In this document: positions 1-17,500 of the stretch, one piece after another
Position numbering within the stretch: position 1 is the first letter of the stretch
How the letters are laid out: every line of letters begins with the position of its first letter
Assembly (NCBI GenBank): GCA_964016885.1
Contig: OZ024741.1
Coordinates: 236,840,001-236,904,000 of the forward strand
DNA from: Eledone cirrhosa
Taxonomy: Eukaryota
Direction of reading: 5' to 3'
Length of the DNA: 64,000 nt
The notes under the pieces: generated by a model
Seen by the model: only the letters and a program-made list of their open reading frames with translations
What the model was told of the DNA's origin: nothing
Database searches by the model: none
Made by a program: the position numbers and the translations under genes

Positions 1-3000
1 TGAATCACTGCTATGTAGTCAATAGTATGACTGTTAACACACACACTTGATTCACTGCTATGTAGTCAATAGTATGACTGTTAACACACACACTTGGTTC
101 ACTGCTATATAGTCAATAGTATGACTGTTAACACACACACTTGATTCACTGCTATGTAGTCAATAGTATGACTGTTAACACGCAGACTTGATTCACTGCT
201 ATGTAGTCAATAGTATCACTGTTAACACAAACACTTGAATCACTGCTATGTAGTCAATAGTATGACTGTTAACACACACGCTCTTGATTAACTGCTATGT
301 AGTCAATAGTATGAGTGTTAACATACACACACTTGATTCACTGCTATGTAGTCAATAGTATGACTGTTAAAACTACACACTTGACTCACTGCTATGTAGT
401 AAATAGAATGACTGTTAACACACACACTCTTGATTCACTGCTATGTAGTCAATAGTATGACTATTAACTCTACACACGTGATTCACTGCTATGTAGTCAA
501 TAGTATGACTGTTAACTCCACACAATTGATTTACCGCTATGTAGTCAACAGTATGACTGTTAACACACACACACTTGATTCACTGCTATGTAGTCAATAG
601 TATGACTGTTAACACATACACACTTAATTCACTGCTATGTCGTCAATAGTATGACTGTTTACACACACATTTGATTCACTGTTATGTAGTCGATAGTATG
701 ACTGTTAACACATACACACTTGATTCACTGCTATGTAGTCAATAGTTTGACTGTTAACACACACACACTTGATTAACTGCTATGTATTCAAGAGTATGAC
801 TGTTAACACACACACACTCTATTCACTGCTATGTAGTCAATAGTATGATTGTTAACACATACACACTTAATTCCCTGCTATGTCGTCAATAGTATGACTG
901 TAAACTCTACACACTGCTATGCAGTCAATAGTACGACTGTAAACTCTACACACTTGATTCACTGCTATGTAGTCAATAGTATGACTGTTAACACATACAC
1001 ACTTGATTCACTTCTATGTAGTCAATAGTATGACTGTTAACACACACGCACTTGCTTAACTGCTATGTAGTCAATAGTATGACTGTTAACATACACACAC
1101 TTGATTCACTGCTATGCAGTCAATAGTATGACTGTAAACTCTACACACTGCTATGCAGTCAATAATACGACTGTAGACTCTACACACTTGATTCACTGCT
1201 ATGTAGTCAATAGTATGACTGTTAACACATACACACTTGATTCACTTCTATGTAGTCAATAGTATGACTGTTAACACACACGCACTTGATTAACTGCTGT
1301 GTCGTCAATAGTATGACTGTTAACATACACACACTTGATTCACTGCTATGTAGTCAATAGTATGACTCTTAACACACACACACTTGATTCACTGTTATGT
1401 AGTCAATAGTAAGACTGTTAACTCTACACCCTTGATTCACTGCTATGTAGTCAGTAGTATGACCGTTAACCCAAACACACTTGATTCACTGCTATGTAGT
1501 TAATAGTATGACTGTTAACTCTACACACTTGATACACTGCTATGTAGTCAATATTATGATTGTTAACTCTACACACGTGATTCACTGCTATGTAATCAAT
1601 AGTATGACTGTTACCTCTACACACTTGATTCACTGCTATGTAGTCAATAGTATGACTGTTAACTCTACACACTTGATTCACTGCTATGTAGTCAATAGCA
1701 TGACTGTTAACTCTACACACTTGATTCACTGCTATGTAGTCAATAGTATGACTGTTAACTCTACACACTTGATTCACTGCTATGTAGTCAATAGCATGAC
1801 TGTTAACACACACACTAGATTCACTGCTATGTAGTCAAGAGTATGACTATTAACACACACACTTGATTCACTGCTACGTAGTCAATAGTATGACTGTTAA
1901 GTCTACACACTTGATTCACTGCTATGTAGTCAATAGTATGACTGATAACACACACACTTGAATCCCTGCTATGTAGTCAATAGTATGACTGTTATCTCTA
2001 CACACTTGAATCACTGCTATGTAGTCAATAGTATGACTGTTAACACACACACTTGATTCACTGCTATGTAGTCAATAGTATGACTGTTAACACACACACT
2101 TGGTTCACTGCTATATAGTCAATAGTATGACTGTTAACACACACACTTGATTCACTGCTATGTAGTCAATAGTATGACTGTTAACACGCAGACTTGATTC
2201 ACTGCTATGTAGTCAATAGTATCACTGTTAACACAAACACTTGATTCCCTGCTATGTAGTCAATAGTATGACATTTAACTCTACACACTTGATTCACTGC
2301 TATGTAGTCAATTGTATGACTGTTAACACACACATTGATTCACTGCTATGTAGTCAATAGCATGACTGTTAACACACACACATGATTCACTGCTATGTAG
2401 TCAATAGTATGACTGTTAACACACACACTTGATTCACTGCTATGTAGTCAATAGTATGACTATTAACTCTACACAATTGATTCACTGCTATGTAGTCAAT
2501 AGTATGACTGATAACACAAACACTTGATTCACTGCTATGTAGTCAATAGTAAGACTGTTAACTCTACACACCTGATTCACTGCTATGCAGTCAATTGTAT
2601 GACTGTTAACACACACACACTTGATTCACTGCTATGTAGTCGAGAGTATAACTGTTAACACACACACACACTTGATTCACTGTTATGTAGTCAATAGTAT
2701 GACTGTTAACACACACACACTTGATTCACTGCTATGTATTAAATAGTATGACTGTTAACTCTACACACTTGATTCACTGCTATATAGTCAATAGTATAAC
2801 TGTTAACGCTACACTCTTGATTCACTGCTATGTAGTCAATAGTATGACCGTTAACTCACACACACTTCATTCACTGCTATGTAGTCAATAGTATGACTGT
2901 TAACACACACATTGATTCACTGCTATGTAGTCAATAGCATGACTGTTAACACACACACTTGATTTACTGCTACGTAGTCAATAGTATGACTGTTGACACA

Positions 3001-6000
3001 CACACTTGATTCCCTGCTATGTGGTCAATAGTATGACTGTTATCACACACATTTGATTCACTGCTATGTAGTCAATAGTATGACTGTTAAATCTACACAC
3101 TTGATTCACTGCTATGCAGTCAATAGTATGACTGTTAACACTACACACTTCGAACACTGCTATGTAGTCAATAGTATGACTATTAACTCTACACACTTGA
3201 TTCACTGCTATGTAGTCAAAGGAAAGACTGTTAACACACACACTTGATTCACTGCTATGAAGTCAATAGTATGACTGTTAACTCTACACACTTGGTTCAC
3301 TGCTATGTAGTCAATAGCATGACTGTTAACACACACACATGATTCACTGCTATGTAGTCAATAGTATGACTGTTAACACACACACTTGATTCCCTGCTAT
3401 GTAGTCAATAGTATGACTGTTAACACACACACTTGATTCACTGCTATGTAGTCAATAGCATGACTGTTAACACACACACATGATTCACTGCTATGTAGTC
3501 AATAGTATGACTGTTAACTCTACACATTTGATTCGCTGCTATGTAGTCAATGGTATAACTGTTAACACACACATTGATTCACTGCTATGTAGTCAATAGC
3601 ATGACTGTTAACTCTACACACTTGATTCACTGCTATGTAGACAATTGTATGACTGTTAACACACACGTTGATTCACTGCTATGTAGTCAATAGCATGACT
3701 GTTAACACACACACTTGATTCACTGCTATGTAGTCAATTGTATGACTGTTAACACACACATTGATTCACTGCTATGTAGTCAATAGCATGACTGTTAACA
3801 CTCACACTTGATTCACTGCTATGTAGTCAATAGTATGACTGTTAACACACACACTTGATTCTCAGCTATGTAGTCAATAGTATGACTATTAACTCTACAC
3901 AATTGATTAACTGCTATGTAGTCAATAGTATGACTGTTAACTCTACACACTTGCTTCACTGCTATATAGTCAATAGTATAACTGTTAACACTACACACTT
4001 GATTCACTGCTATGTAGTCAATAGTATGACTGTTAACACACACACTTGATTCACTGCTATGTAGTCAATAGTATGAGTGTTAACTCTACATACCTGATTC
4101 ACAGCTATGCAGTCAATTGTATGACTGTTAACACACACATTGATTCATTGTTATGTAGTCAATAGAATGACTGTTAAGTCTACACACTTGATTCACTGCT
4201 ATGTAATCAATAGGATGACTATTAACCATATACACTTGATTCATGCTATGTAGTCAATAGTATGACTATTAATTCTACACACTTGATTCACTGCTATGTA
4301 GTCAGTAGTATGTCTGTTAACACAGACATTTCATTCACTGCCATGTAGTCAATAGTATGACTGTTAACTCTACACACTTGATTCACTGCTATGTAGTCAA
4401 TAGTATGACTGTTAACAGACACACACTTGATTCACTGCTTTGTAGTCAATAGTATGACTGTTAACTATACACACTTGATTCACTGCTATGTATTCAATAG
4501 TATGACAGTTAACACACACACTTGATTCACTGCTATGTAGTCAATAATATGACTGTTAACTCTACACACTTGATTCACTGCTATATAGTCAATAGTATAA
4601 CTGTTAACACTACACACTTGATTCACTGCTATGTAGTCAATAGTATGACTGTTAAGTCTACACACTTGATTCACTGCTATGTAGTCAATAGTATGACTAT
4701 TAACTATACACACTTGATTCACTGCTATGTAGTCAATAGTATGACTGTTAATTCTAGACACTTGATTCACTACTATGTAGTCAGTAGCATGACAGTTAAC
4801 ACAGACATTTGATTCACTCCAATGTAGTCAATAGCATGTCTGTTAACTCTACACACTTGATTCACTGCTATGTAGTCAATAGTATGACTGTTAACACACA
4901 CACACTTGATTCACCTCTATGTAGTCAATAGTATGACTCTTAACTCTACATACACTTGATTTACTGCTATGTAGTCAATTCAATAGTATGACTGTTAACT
5001 CTACACACTTGGTTCACTGCTATGAAGTCAACAGTATGACTGTTAACTCTACACACTTGGTTCACTGCCATGTTGTCAATAGTATGACTGTTAACACACA
5101 CTTGATTCACTGCTATGTAGTCAATAGCATGACTGTTAACACACACACTTGATTCACTGCTATGTAGTCAATATTATGACTGTTTACTCTACACACGTTG
5201 TTCACTGCTATGTAGTCAGTTGTATGACTGTTAACACACACATTGATTCACTGCTATGTAGTCAATAGCATGACTGTTAACACACACACTTGATTCACTG
5301 CTATGTAGTCAATAGTATGACTGTTGACACACACACTTGATTCCCTGCTATGTGGTCAATAGTATGACTGTTAACACACACATTTGATTAACTGCTATGT
5401 AGTCAATAGTATGACTGTTAACTCTACACACTTGATTCACTGCTATGCAGTCAATAGTATGACTGTTACCTCTACACACTTCGTTCACTGCTATGTAGTC
5501 AATAGTATGACTATTAACTCTACACACTTGATTCACTGCTATTTAGTCAAAAGAAAGACTGTTAACACACACACTTGATTCACTGCTATGAAGTCAATAG
5601 TATGACTGTTAACTCTACACACTTGATTCACTGCTATGTAGTCAATAGTATAACTGTTAACTCTACACACTTGATTCACTGCTATGTAGTCAATAGTATC
5701 ACTGTTAACACACACACTTGATTCACTGCTATGTAGTCAATAGTATGACTGTTAACTCTACACACGTGATTCACTGCTATGTAGTCAGTTGTATGACTGT
5801 TAACACACATTGATTCACTGCTATGTAGTCAATAGCATGACTGTTAACACACACACTTGATTCACTGCTATGTAGTCAATAGTATGACTGTTAAATCTAC
5901 ACACTTGATTCACTGTTATGTAGTCAATAGTATGACTGTTAACACACACACTTGAATCACTGCTATGTAGTCGATAGTATGACTGTTATCTCTACACATT

Positions 6001-8599
6001 TATTCTCTGCTATGTAGTCAATAGTATGACTGTTAACTCTACACACTTGATTCACTGCTATGTAGTCAACAGTATGACTGTTTACACTCTTTTGATTTAC
6101 TGCTATGTAGTCAATAATATGACTGTTAACTCTACACACGTGATTCACTGCTATGTAGTCAGTTGTATGACTGTTAACACACATTGATTCACTGCTATGT
6201 AGTCAATAGCATGACTGTTAACACACACACTTGATTCACTGCTATGTAGTCAATAGTATGACTGTTATCACACACACTTGATTCACTTCTATGTTGTCAA
6301 TAGTATGGCTGTTAACACACACACTTGATTCACTGCTATGTAGTCAATATTATGACTGTTAACTCTACACACTTGATTCACTGCTATCTAGTTCATAGTA
6401 TGACTGTTAACCTTACACACTTGATTCACTGCTATGTACTCAATAGTATGACTGTTAACTCTACACACTTGATTCACTGCTATGTAGTCAATAGTATGAC
6501 TGTTAACTCTACACACTTGATTCATTGCTATGTAGTCAATAGTATCACTGTTAACACACACACTTGATTCACTGCTATGTAGTCAATAGTATGACTGTTA
6601 ACACACACACTTGATTTACTGCTATGTAGTCAATAGTAAGACTGTTAACACACACGCTTGATTCACTGCTATGTAGTCAATAGTATGACTGTTAACTCTA
6701 CACACGTGATTCAATGCTATGTAGTCAATAGTATGACTTTTAACACACACACTTGATTAACTGCTATGTAGTCAATAGCATGACTGTTAACTCTACACAC
6801 ACACTTGATTCACTGCTATGTAGTCAATAGTATGACTGTTAACTCTACACACACACTTGATTCACTGCTATGTAGTCAATAGTATAACTGTTAACACACA
6901 CACTTGATTCACTGCTATGGAGTCAATAGTATGACTGTTAACACACACACTTGGTTCACTGCTATGTAGTCCATAGTATGACTGTTAACACACACACTTG
7001 ATTCACTGCTATGTAGTCAATAGTATGACTGTTAACACACAGACTTGATTCACTGCTATGTAGTCAATAGTATGACTGTTAACACAAACACTTGATTCCC
7101 TGCTATGTAGTCAATAGTATGACTGTTAACACACACACTTGATTCACTGCTATGTAGTCAATAGTATGACTGTTAACTCTACACACCTTGTTCACTGCTA
7201 TGTAGTCAGTTGTATGACTGTTAACACACACATTTATTCACTGCTATGTAGTCAATAGCATGACTGTTAACACACACACTTGATTCACTGCTATGTAGTC
7301 AATAGTATGACTGTTAACACAAACACTTGATTCCCTGCTATGTAGTCAATAGTATGACTGTTAACACACACACTTGATTCACTGCTATGTAGTCAATAGT
7401 ATGACTGTTAACTCTACACACCTTGTTCACTGCTATGTAGTCAGTTGTATGACTGTTAACACACACATTTATTCACTGCTATGTAGTCAAAAGAAAGACT
7501 GTTAACACACACACTTGATTCACTGCTATGAAGTCAATAGTATGACTGTTAACTCTACACACTTGATTCACTGCTATCTAGTTCATGGTATGACTGTTAA
7601 CCTTACACACTTGATTCACTGCTATGTACTCAATAGTATGACTGTTAACTCTACACACTTGATTCACTACTATGTAGTCAATAGTATGACTGTTAACTCT
7701 AGACACTTGATTCACTGCTATGTAGTCAATAGTATCACTGTTAACACACACACTTGATTCACTGCTATGTAGTCAATAGTATCACTGTTAACACACACAC
7801 TTGATTTACTGCTATGTAGTCAATAGTAAGACTGTTAACACACACGCTTGATTCACTGCTATGTAGTCAATAGTATGACTGTTAACTCTACACACTTGGT
7901 TCACTGCTATGTAGGCAATAGTATGACTGGTAACACTCACTTGATTCACTGCTATGTACTCAATAGCATGACTGTTAACACACACACTTGATTCACTGCT
8001 ATGTAGTCAATAGTATGACTGTTAACACACACACTTGATTCACTTCTATGTTGTCAATAGTATGGCTGTTAACACACACACTTGATTCACTGCTATGTAG
8101 TCAATATTATGACTGTTAACTCTACACACTTGATTCACTGCTATCTAGTTCATAGTATGACTGTTAACCTTACACACTTGATTCACTGCTATGTAGTCAA
8201 TAGTATGACTGTTAACTCTACACACTTGATTCACTGCTATGTAGTCAATAGTATCACTGTTAACACACACACTTGATTCACTGCTATGTAGTCAATAGTA
8301 TGACTGTTAACACACACACTTGATTTACTGCTATGTAGTCAATAGTAAGACTGTTAACACACACGCTTGATTCACTGCTATGTAGTCAATAGAATGACTC
8401 TTAACTCTACACACGTGATTCAATGCTATGTAGTCAATAGTATGACTTTTAACACACACACTTGATTAACTGCTATGTAGTCAATAGCATGACTGTTAAC
8501 TCTACACACACACTTGATTCACTGTTGTGTAGTCAATAGTATGACTGTTAACTCTACACACACACTTGATTCACTGCTATGTAGTCAATAGTATGACTG

Positions 8600-11500
8600 T
8601 TGACACACACACTTGATTCCCTGCTATGTGGTCAATAGTATGACTGTTAACACACACATTTGATTAACTGCTATGTAGTCAATAGTATGACTGTTAACTC
8701 TACACACTTGATTCACTGCTATGCAGTCAATAGTATGACTGTTACCTCTACACACTTCGTTCACTGCTATGTAGTCAATAGTATGACTATTAACTCTACA
8801 CACTTGATTCACTGCTATGTAGTCAAAAGAAAGACTGTTAGCACACACACTTGATTCACTGCTATGAAGTCAATAGTATGACTGTTAACTCTACACACTT
8901 GATTCACTGCTATCTAGTTCATAGTATGACTGTTAACCTTACACACTTGATTCACTGCTAAGTACTCAATAGTATGACTGTTAACTCTACACACTTGCTT
9001 CACTGCTATGTAGTCAATAGTATGACTGTTAACTCTACACACTTGATTCACTGCTATGTAGTCAATAGTATCACTGTTAACACACACACTTGATTCACTG
9101 CTATGTAGTCAATAGTAAGACTGTTAACACACACGCTTGATTCACTGCTATGTAGTCAATAGAATGACTGTTAACTCTACACACGTGATTCAATGCTATG
9201 TAGTCAATAGTATGACTTTTAACACACACACTTGATTAACTGCTATGTAGTCAATAGCATGACTGTTAACTCTACACACACACTTGATTCACTGTTATGT
9301 AGTCAATAGTATGACTGTTAACTCTACACACACACTTGATTCACTGCTATGTAGTCAATAGTATAACTGTTAACACACACACTTGATTCACTGCTATGGA
9401 GTCAATAGTATGACTGTTAACACACACACTTGGTTCACTGCTATGTAGTCAATAGTATGACTGTTAACACACACACTTGATTCACTGCTATGTAGTCAAT
9501 AGTATGACTGTTAACACACAGACTTGATTCACTGCTATGTAGTCAATAGTATGACTGTTAACACACACACTTGATTCACTGCTATGTAGTCAATAGTATG
9601 ACTGTTAACTCTACACACAGACTTGATTCACTGCTATGTAGTCAATAGTATGACTGTTAACACACACACTTGGTTCACTGCTATGTAGTCAATAGTATGA
9701 CTGTTAACACACACACTTGATTCACTGCTATGTAGTCAATAGTATGACTGTTAACACACAGACTTGATTCACTGCTATGTAGTCAATAGTATGACTGTTA
9801 ACACAAACACTTGATTCCCTGCTATGTAGTCAATAGTATGACTGTTAACACACACACTTGATTCACTGCTATGTAGTCAATAGTATGACTGTTAACTCTA
9901 CACACCTTGTTCACTGCTATGTAGTCAGTTGTATGACTGTTAACACACACATTGATTCACTGCTATGTAGTCAATAGCATGACTGTTAACACACACACTT
10001 GATTCACTGCTATGTAGTCAATTGTATGACTGTTGACACACACACTTGATTCCCTGCTATGTGGTCAATAGTATGACTGTTAACACACACATTTGATTAA
10101 CTGCTATGTAGTCAATAGTATGACTGTTAACTCTACACACTTGATTCACTGCTATGCAGTCAATAGTATGACTGTTACCTCTACACACTTCGTTCACTGC
10201 TATGTAGTCAATAGTATGACTATTAACTCTACACACTTGATTCACTGCTATGTAGTCAAAAGAAAGACTGTTAGCACACACACTTGATTCACTGCTATGA
10301 AGTCAATAGTATGACTGTTAACTCTACACACTTGATTCACTGCTATCTAGTTCATAGTATGACTGTTAACCTTACACACTTGATTCACTGCTATGTACTC
10401 AATAGTATGACTGTTAACTCTACACACTTGATTCACTGCTATGTAGTCAATAGTATGACTGTTAAGTCTACACACTTGATTCACTGCTATGTAGTCAATA
10501 GTATGACTGTTAACTCTACACATTTGATTCACTGCTATGTAGTCAATAGTATCACTGTTAACACACACACTTGATTTACTGCTATGTAGTCAATAGTAAG
10601 ACTGTTAACACACATGCTTGATTCACTGCTATGTAGTCAATAGTATGACTGTTAACTCTACACACTTGGTTCACTGCTATCTAGGCAATAGTATGACTGG
10701 TAACACTCACTTGATTCACTGCTATGTACTCAATAGCATGACTGTTAACACACACACTTGATTCACTGCTATGTAGTCAATAGTATGACTGTTAACACAC
10801 ACACTTGATTCACTTCTATGTTGTCAATAGTATGGCTGTTAACACACACACTTGATTCACTGCTATGTAGTCAATATTATGACTGTTAACTCTACACACT
10901 TGATTCACTGCTATCTAGTTCATAGTATGACTGTTAACCTTACACACTTGATTCACTGCTATGTACTCAATAGTATGACTGTTAACTCTACACACTTGAT
11001 TCACTGCTATGTAGTCAATAGTATGACTGTTAACTCTACACACTTGATTCACTGCTATGTAGTCAATAGTATCACTGTTAACACACACACTTGATTCACT
11101 GCTATGTAGTCAATAGTATGACTGTTAACACACACACTTGATTTACTGCTATGTAGTCAATAGTAAGACTGTTAACACACACGCTTGATTCACTGCTATG
11201 TAGTCAATAGAATGACTGTTAACTCTACACACGTGATTCAATGCTATGTAGTCAATAGTATGACTTTTAACACACACACTTGATTAACTGCTATGTAGTC
11301 AATAGCATGACTGTTAACTCTACACACACACTTGATTCACTGTTATGTAGTCAATAGTATGACTGTTAACTCTACACACACACTTGATTCACTGCTATGT
11401 AGTCAATAGTATAACTGTTAACACACACACTTGATTCACTGCTATGGAGTCAATAGTATGACTGTTAACACACACACTTGGTTCACTGCTATGTAGTCCA

Positions 11501-14500
11501 TAGTATGACTGTTAACACACACACTTGATTCACTGCTATGTAGTCAATAGTATGACTGTTAACACACAGACTTGATTCACTGCTATGTAGTCAATAGTAT
11601 GACTGTTAACACAAACAATTGATTCCCTGCTATGTAGTCAATAGTATGACTGTTAACACACACACTTGATTCACTGCTATGTAGTCAATTGTATGACTGT
11701 TAACTCTACACACACACTTGATTCACTGCTATGTAGTCAATAGTATGACTGTTAACACACACACTTGGTTCACTGCTATGTAGTCAATAGTATGACTGTT
11801 AACACACACACTTGATTCACTGCTATGTAGTCAATAGTATGACTGTTAACACACAGACTTGATTCACTGCTATGTAGTCAATAGTATGACTGTTAACACA
11901 AACACTTGATTCCCTGCTATGTAGTCAATAGTATGACTGTTAACACACACACTTGATTCACTGCTATGTAGTCAATAGTATGACTGTTAACTCTACACAC
12001 CTTGTTCACTGCTATGTAGTCAGTTGTATGACTGTTAACACACACATTGATTCACTGCTATGTAGTCAATAGCATGACTGTTAACACACACACTTGATTC
12101 ACTGCTATGTAGTCAATAGTATGACTGTTGACACACACACTTGATTCCCTGCTATGTGGTCAATAGTATGACTGTTAACACACACATTTGATTAACTGCT
12201 ATGTAGTCAATAGTATGACTGTTAACTCTACACACTTGATTCACTGCTATGCAGTCAATAGTATGACTGTTACCTCTACACACTTCGTTCACTGCTATGT
12301 AGTCAATAGTATGACTATTAACTCTACACACTTGATTCACTGCTATGTAGTCAAAAGAAAGACTGTTAGCACACACACTTGATTCACTGCTATGAAGTCA
12401 ATAGTATGACTGTTAACTCTACACACTTGATTCACTGCTATCTAGTTCATAGTATGACTGTTAACCTTACACACTTGATTCACTGCTATGTACTCAATAG
12501 AATGACTGTTAACTCTACAAACTTGCTTCACTGCTATGTAGTCAATAGTATGACTGTTAACTCTACACACTTGATTCACTGCTATGTAGTCAATAGTATT
12601 ACTGTTAACACACACACTTGATTCACTGCTATGTAGTCAATAGTATGACTGTTAACACACACACTTGATTTACTGCTATGTAGTCAATAGTAAGACTGTT
12701 AACACACACGCTTGATTCACTGCTATGTAGTCAATAGAATGACTGTTAACTCTACACACGTGATTCAATGCTATGTAGTCAATAGTATGACTTTTAACAC
12801 ACACACTTGATTAACTGCTATGTAGTCAATAGCATGACTGTTAACTCTACACACACACTTGATTCACTGTTATGTAGTCAATAGTATGACTGTTAACTCT
12901 ACACACACACTTGATTCACTGCTATGTAGTCAATAGTATAACTGTTAACACACACACTTGATTCACTGCTATGGAGTCAATAGTATGACTGTTAACACAC
13001 ACACTTGGTTCACTGCTATGTAGTCAATAGTATGACTGTTAACACACACACTTGATTCACTGCTATGTAGTCAATAGTATGACTGTTAACACACAGACTT
13101 GATTCACTGCTATGTAGTCAATAGTATGACTGTTAACACAAACACTTGATTCCCTGCTATGTAGTCAATAGTATGACTGTTAACACACACACTTGATTCA
13201 CTGCTATGTAGTCAATAATATGACTGTTAACTCTACACACACACTTGATTCACTGCTATGTAGTCAATAGTATGACTGTTAACACACACACTTGGTTCAC
13301 TGTTATGTAGTCAATAGTATGACTGTTAACACACACACTTGATTCACTGCTATGTAGTCAATAGTATGACTGTTGACACACACACTTGATTCCCTGCTAT
13401 GTGGTCAATAGTATGACTGTTAACACACACATTTGATTAACTGCTATGTAGTCAATAGTATGACTGTTAACTCTACACACTTGATTCACTGCTATGCAGT
13501 CAATAGTATGACTGTTACCTCTACACACTTCGTTCACTGCTATGTAGTCAATAGTATGACTATTAACTCTACACACTTGATTCACTGCTATGTAGTCAAA
13601 AGAAAGACTGTTAGCACACACACTTGATTCACTGCTATGAAGTCAATAGTATGACTGTTAACTCTACACACTTGATTCACTGCTATCTAGTTCATAGTAT
13701 GACTGTTAACCTTACACACTTGATTCACTGCTATGTACTCAATAGTATGACTGTTAACTCTACACACTTGATTCACTGCTATGTAGTCAATAGTATGACT
13801 GTTAAGTCTACACACTTGATTCACTGCTATGTAGTCAATAGTATGACTGTTAACTCTACACATTTGATTCACTGCTATGTAGTCAATAGTATCACTGTTA
13901 ACACACACACTTGATTTACTGCTATGTAGTCAATAGTAAGACTGTTAACACACATGCTTGATTCACTGCTATGTAGTCAATAGTATGACTGTTAACTCTA
14001 CACACTTGGTTCACTGCTATGTAGGCAATAGTATGACTGGTAACACTCACTTGATTCACTGCTATGTACTCAATAGCATGACTGTTAACACACACACTTG
14101 ATTCACTGCTATGTAGTCAATAGTATGACTGTTAACACACACACTTGATTCACTTCTATGTTGTCAATAGTATGGCTGTTAACACACACACTTGATTCAC
14201 TGCTATGTAGTCAATATTATGACTGTTAACTCTACACACTTGATTCACTGCTATCTAGTTCATAGTATGACTGTTAACCTTACACACTTGATTCACTGCT
14301 ATGTACTCAATAGTATGACTGTTAACTCTACACACTTGATTCACTGCTATGTAGTCAATAGTATGACTGTTAACTCTACACACTTGATTCACTGTTATGT
14401 AGTCAATAGTATCACTGTTAACACACACACTTGATTCACTGCTATGTAGTCAATAGTATGACTGTTAACACACACACTTGATTTACTGCTATGTAGTCAA

Positions 14501-17500
14501 TAGTAAGACTGTTAACACACACGCTTGATTCACTGCTATGTAGTCAATAGAATGACTGTTAACTCTACACACGTGATTCAATGCTATGTAGTCAATAGTA
14601 TGACTTTTAACACACACACTTGATTAACTGCTATGTAGTCAATAGCATGACTGTTAACTCTACACACACACTTGATTCACTGTTATGTAGTCAATAGTAT
14701 GACTGTTAACTCTACACACACACTTGATTCACTGCTATGTAGTCAATAGTATAACTGTTAACACACACACTTGATTCACTGCTATGGAGTCAATAGTATG
14801 ACTGTTAACACACACACTTGGTTCACTGCTATGTAGTCCATAGTATGACTGTTAACACACACACTTGATTCACTGCTATGTAGTCAATAGTATGACTGTT
14901 AACACACAGACTTGATTCACTGCTATGTAGTCAATAGTATGACTGTTAACACAAACAATTGATTCCCTGCTATGTAGTCAATAGTATGACTGTTAACACA
15001 CACACTTGATTCACTGCTATGTAGTCAATTGTATGACTGTTAACTCTACACACACACTTGATTCACTGCTATGTAGTCAATAGTATGACTGTTAACACAC
15101 ACACTTGGTTCACTGCTATGTAGTCAATAGTATGACTGTTAACACACACACTTGATTCACTGCTATGTAGTCAATAGTATGACTGTTAACACACAGACTT
15201 GATTCACTGCTATGTAGTCAATAGTATGACTGTTAACACAAACACTTGATTCCCTGCTATGTAGTCAATAGTATGACTGTTAACACACACACTTGATTCA
15301 CTGCTATGTAGTCAATAGTATGACTGTTAACTCTACACACCTTGTTCACTGCTATGTAGTCAGTTGTATGACTGTTAACACACACATTGATTCACTGCTA
15401 TGTAGTCAATAGCATGACTGTTAACACACACACTTGATTCACTGCTATGTAGTCAATAGTATGACTGTTGACACACACACTTGATTCCCTGCTATGTGGT
15501 CAATAGTATGACTGTTAACACACACATTTGATTAACTGCTATGTGGTCAATAGTATGACTGTTAACTCTACACACTTGATTCACTGCTATGCAGTCAATA
15601 GTATGACTGTTACCTCTACACACTTCGTTCACTGCTATGTAGTCAATAGTATGACTATTAACTCTACACACTTGATTCACTGCTATGTAGTCAAAAGAAA
15701 GACTGTTAGCACACACACTTGATTCACTGCTATGAAGTCAATAGTATGACTGTTAACTCTACACACTTGATTCACTGCTATCTAGTTCATAGTATGACTG
15801 TTAACCTTACACACTTGATTCACTGCTATGTACTCAATAGTATGACTGTTAACTCTACACACTTGCTTCACTGCTATGTAGTCAATAGTATGACTGTTAA
15901 CTCTACACACTTGATTCACTGCTATGTAGTCAATAGTATTACTGTTAACACACACACTTGATTCACTGCTATGTAGTCAATAGTATGACTGTTAACACAC
16001 ACACTTGATTTACTGCTATGTAGTCAATAGTAAGACTGTTAACACACACGCTTGATTCACTGCTATGTAGTCAATAGAATGACTGTTAACTCTACACACG
16101 TGATTCAATGCTATGTAGTCAATAGTATGACTTTTAACACACACACTTGATTAACTGCTATGTAGTCAATAGCATGACTGTTAACTCTACACACACACTT
16201 GATTCACTGTTATGTAGTCAATAGTATGACTGTTAACTCTACACACACACTTGATTCACTGCTATGTAGTCAATAGTATAACTGTTAACACACACACTTG
16301 ATTCACTGCTATGGAGTCAATAGTATGACTGTTAACACACACACTTGGTTCACTGCTATGTAGTCAATAGTATGACTGTTAACACACACACTTGATTCAC
16401 TGCTATGTAGTCAATAGTATGACTGTTAACACACAGACTTGATTCACTGCTATGTAGTCAATAGTATGACTGTTAACACAAACACTTGATTCCCTGCTAT
16501 GTAGTCAATAGTATGACTGTTAACACACACACTTGATTCACTGCTATGTAGTCAATAATATGACTGTTAACTCTACACACACACTTGATTCACTGCTATG
16601 TAGTCAATAGTATGACTGTTAACACACACACTTGGTTCACTGTTATGTAGTCAATAGTATGACTGTTAACACACACACTTGATTCACTGCTATGTAGTCA
16701 ATAGTATGACTGTTAACACAAACACTTGATTCCCTGCTATGTAGTCAATAGTATGACTGTTAACACACACACTTGATTCACTGCTATGTAGTCAATAGTA
16801 TGACTGTTAACTCTACACACCTTGTTCACTGCTATGTAGTCAGTTGTATGACTGTTAACACACACATTGATTCACTGCTATGTAGTCAATAGTATGACTG
16901 TTGACACACACACTTGATTCCCTGCTATGTGGTCAATAGTATGACTGTTAACACACACATTTGATTAACTGCTATGTAGTCAATAGTATGACTGTTAACT
17001 CTACACACTTGATTCACTGCTATGCAGTCAATAGTATGACTGTTACCTCTACACACTTCGTTCACTGCTATGTAGTCAATAGTATGACTATTAACTCTAC
17101 ACACTTGATTCACTGCTATGTAGTCAAAAGAAAGACTGTTAGCACACACACTTGATTCACTGCTATGAAGTCAATAGTATGACTGTTAACTCTACACACT
17201 TGATTCACTGCTATCTAGTTCATAGTATGACTGTTAACCTTACACACTTGATTCACTGCTATGTACTCAATAGTATGACTGTTAACTCTACACACTTGAT
17301 TCACTGCTATGTAGTCAATAGTATGACTGTTAAGTCTACACACTTGATTCACTGCTATGTAGTCAATAGTATGACTGTTAACTCTACACACTTGATTCAC
17401 TGCTATGTAGTCAATAGTATCACTGTTAACACACACACTTGATTTACTGCTATGTAGTCAATAGTAAGACTTTAACACACACGCTTGATTCACTGCTATG

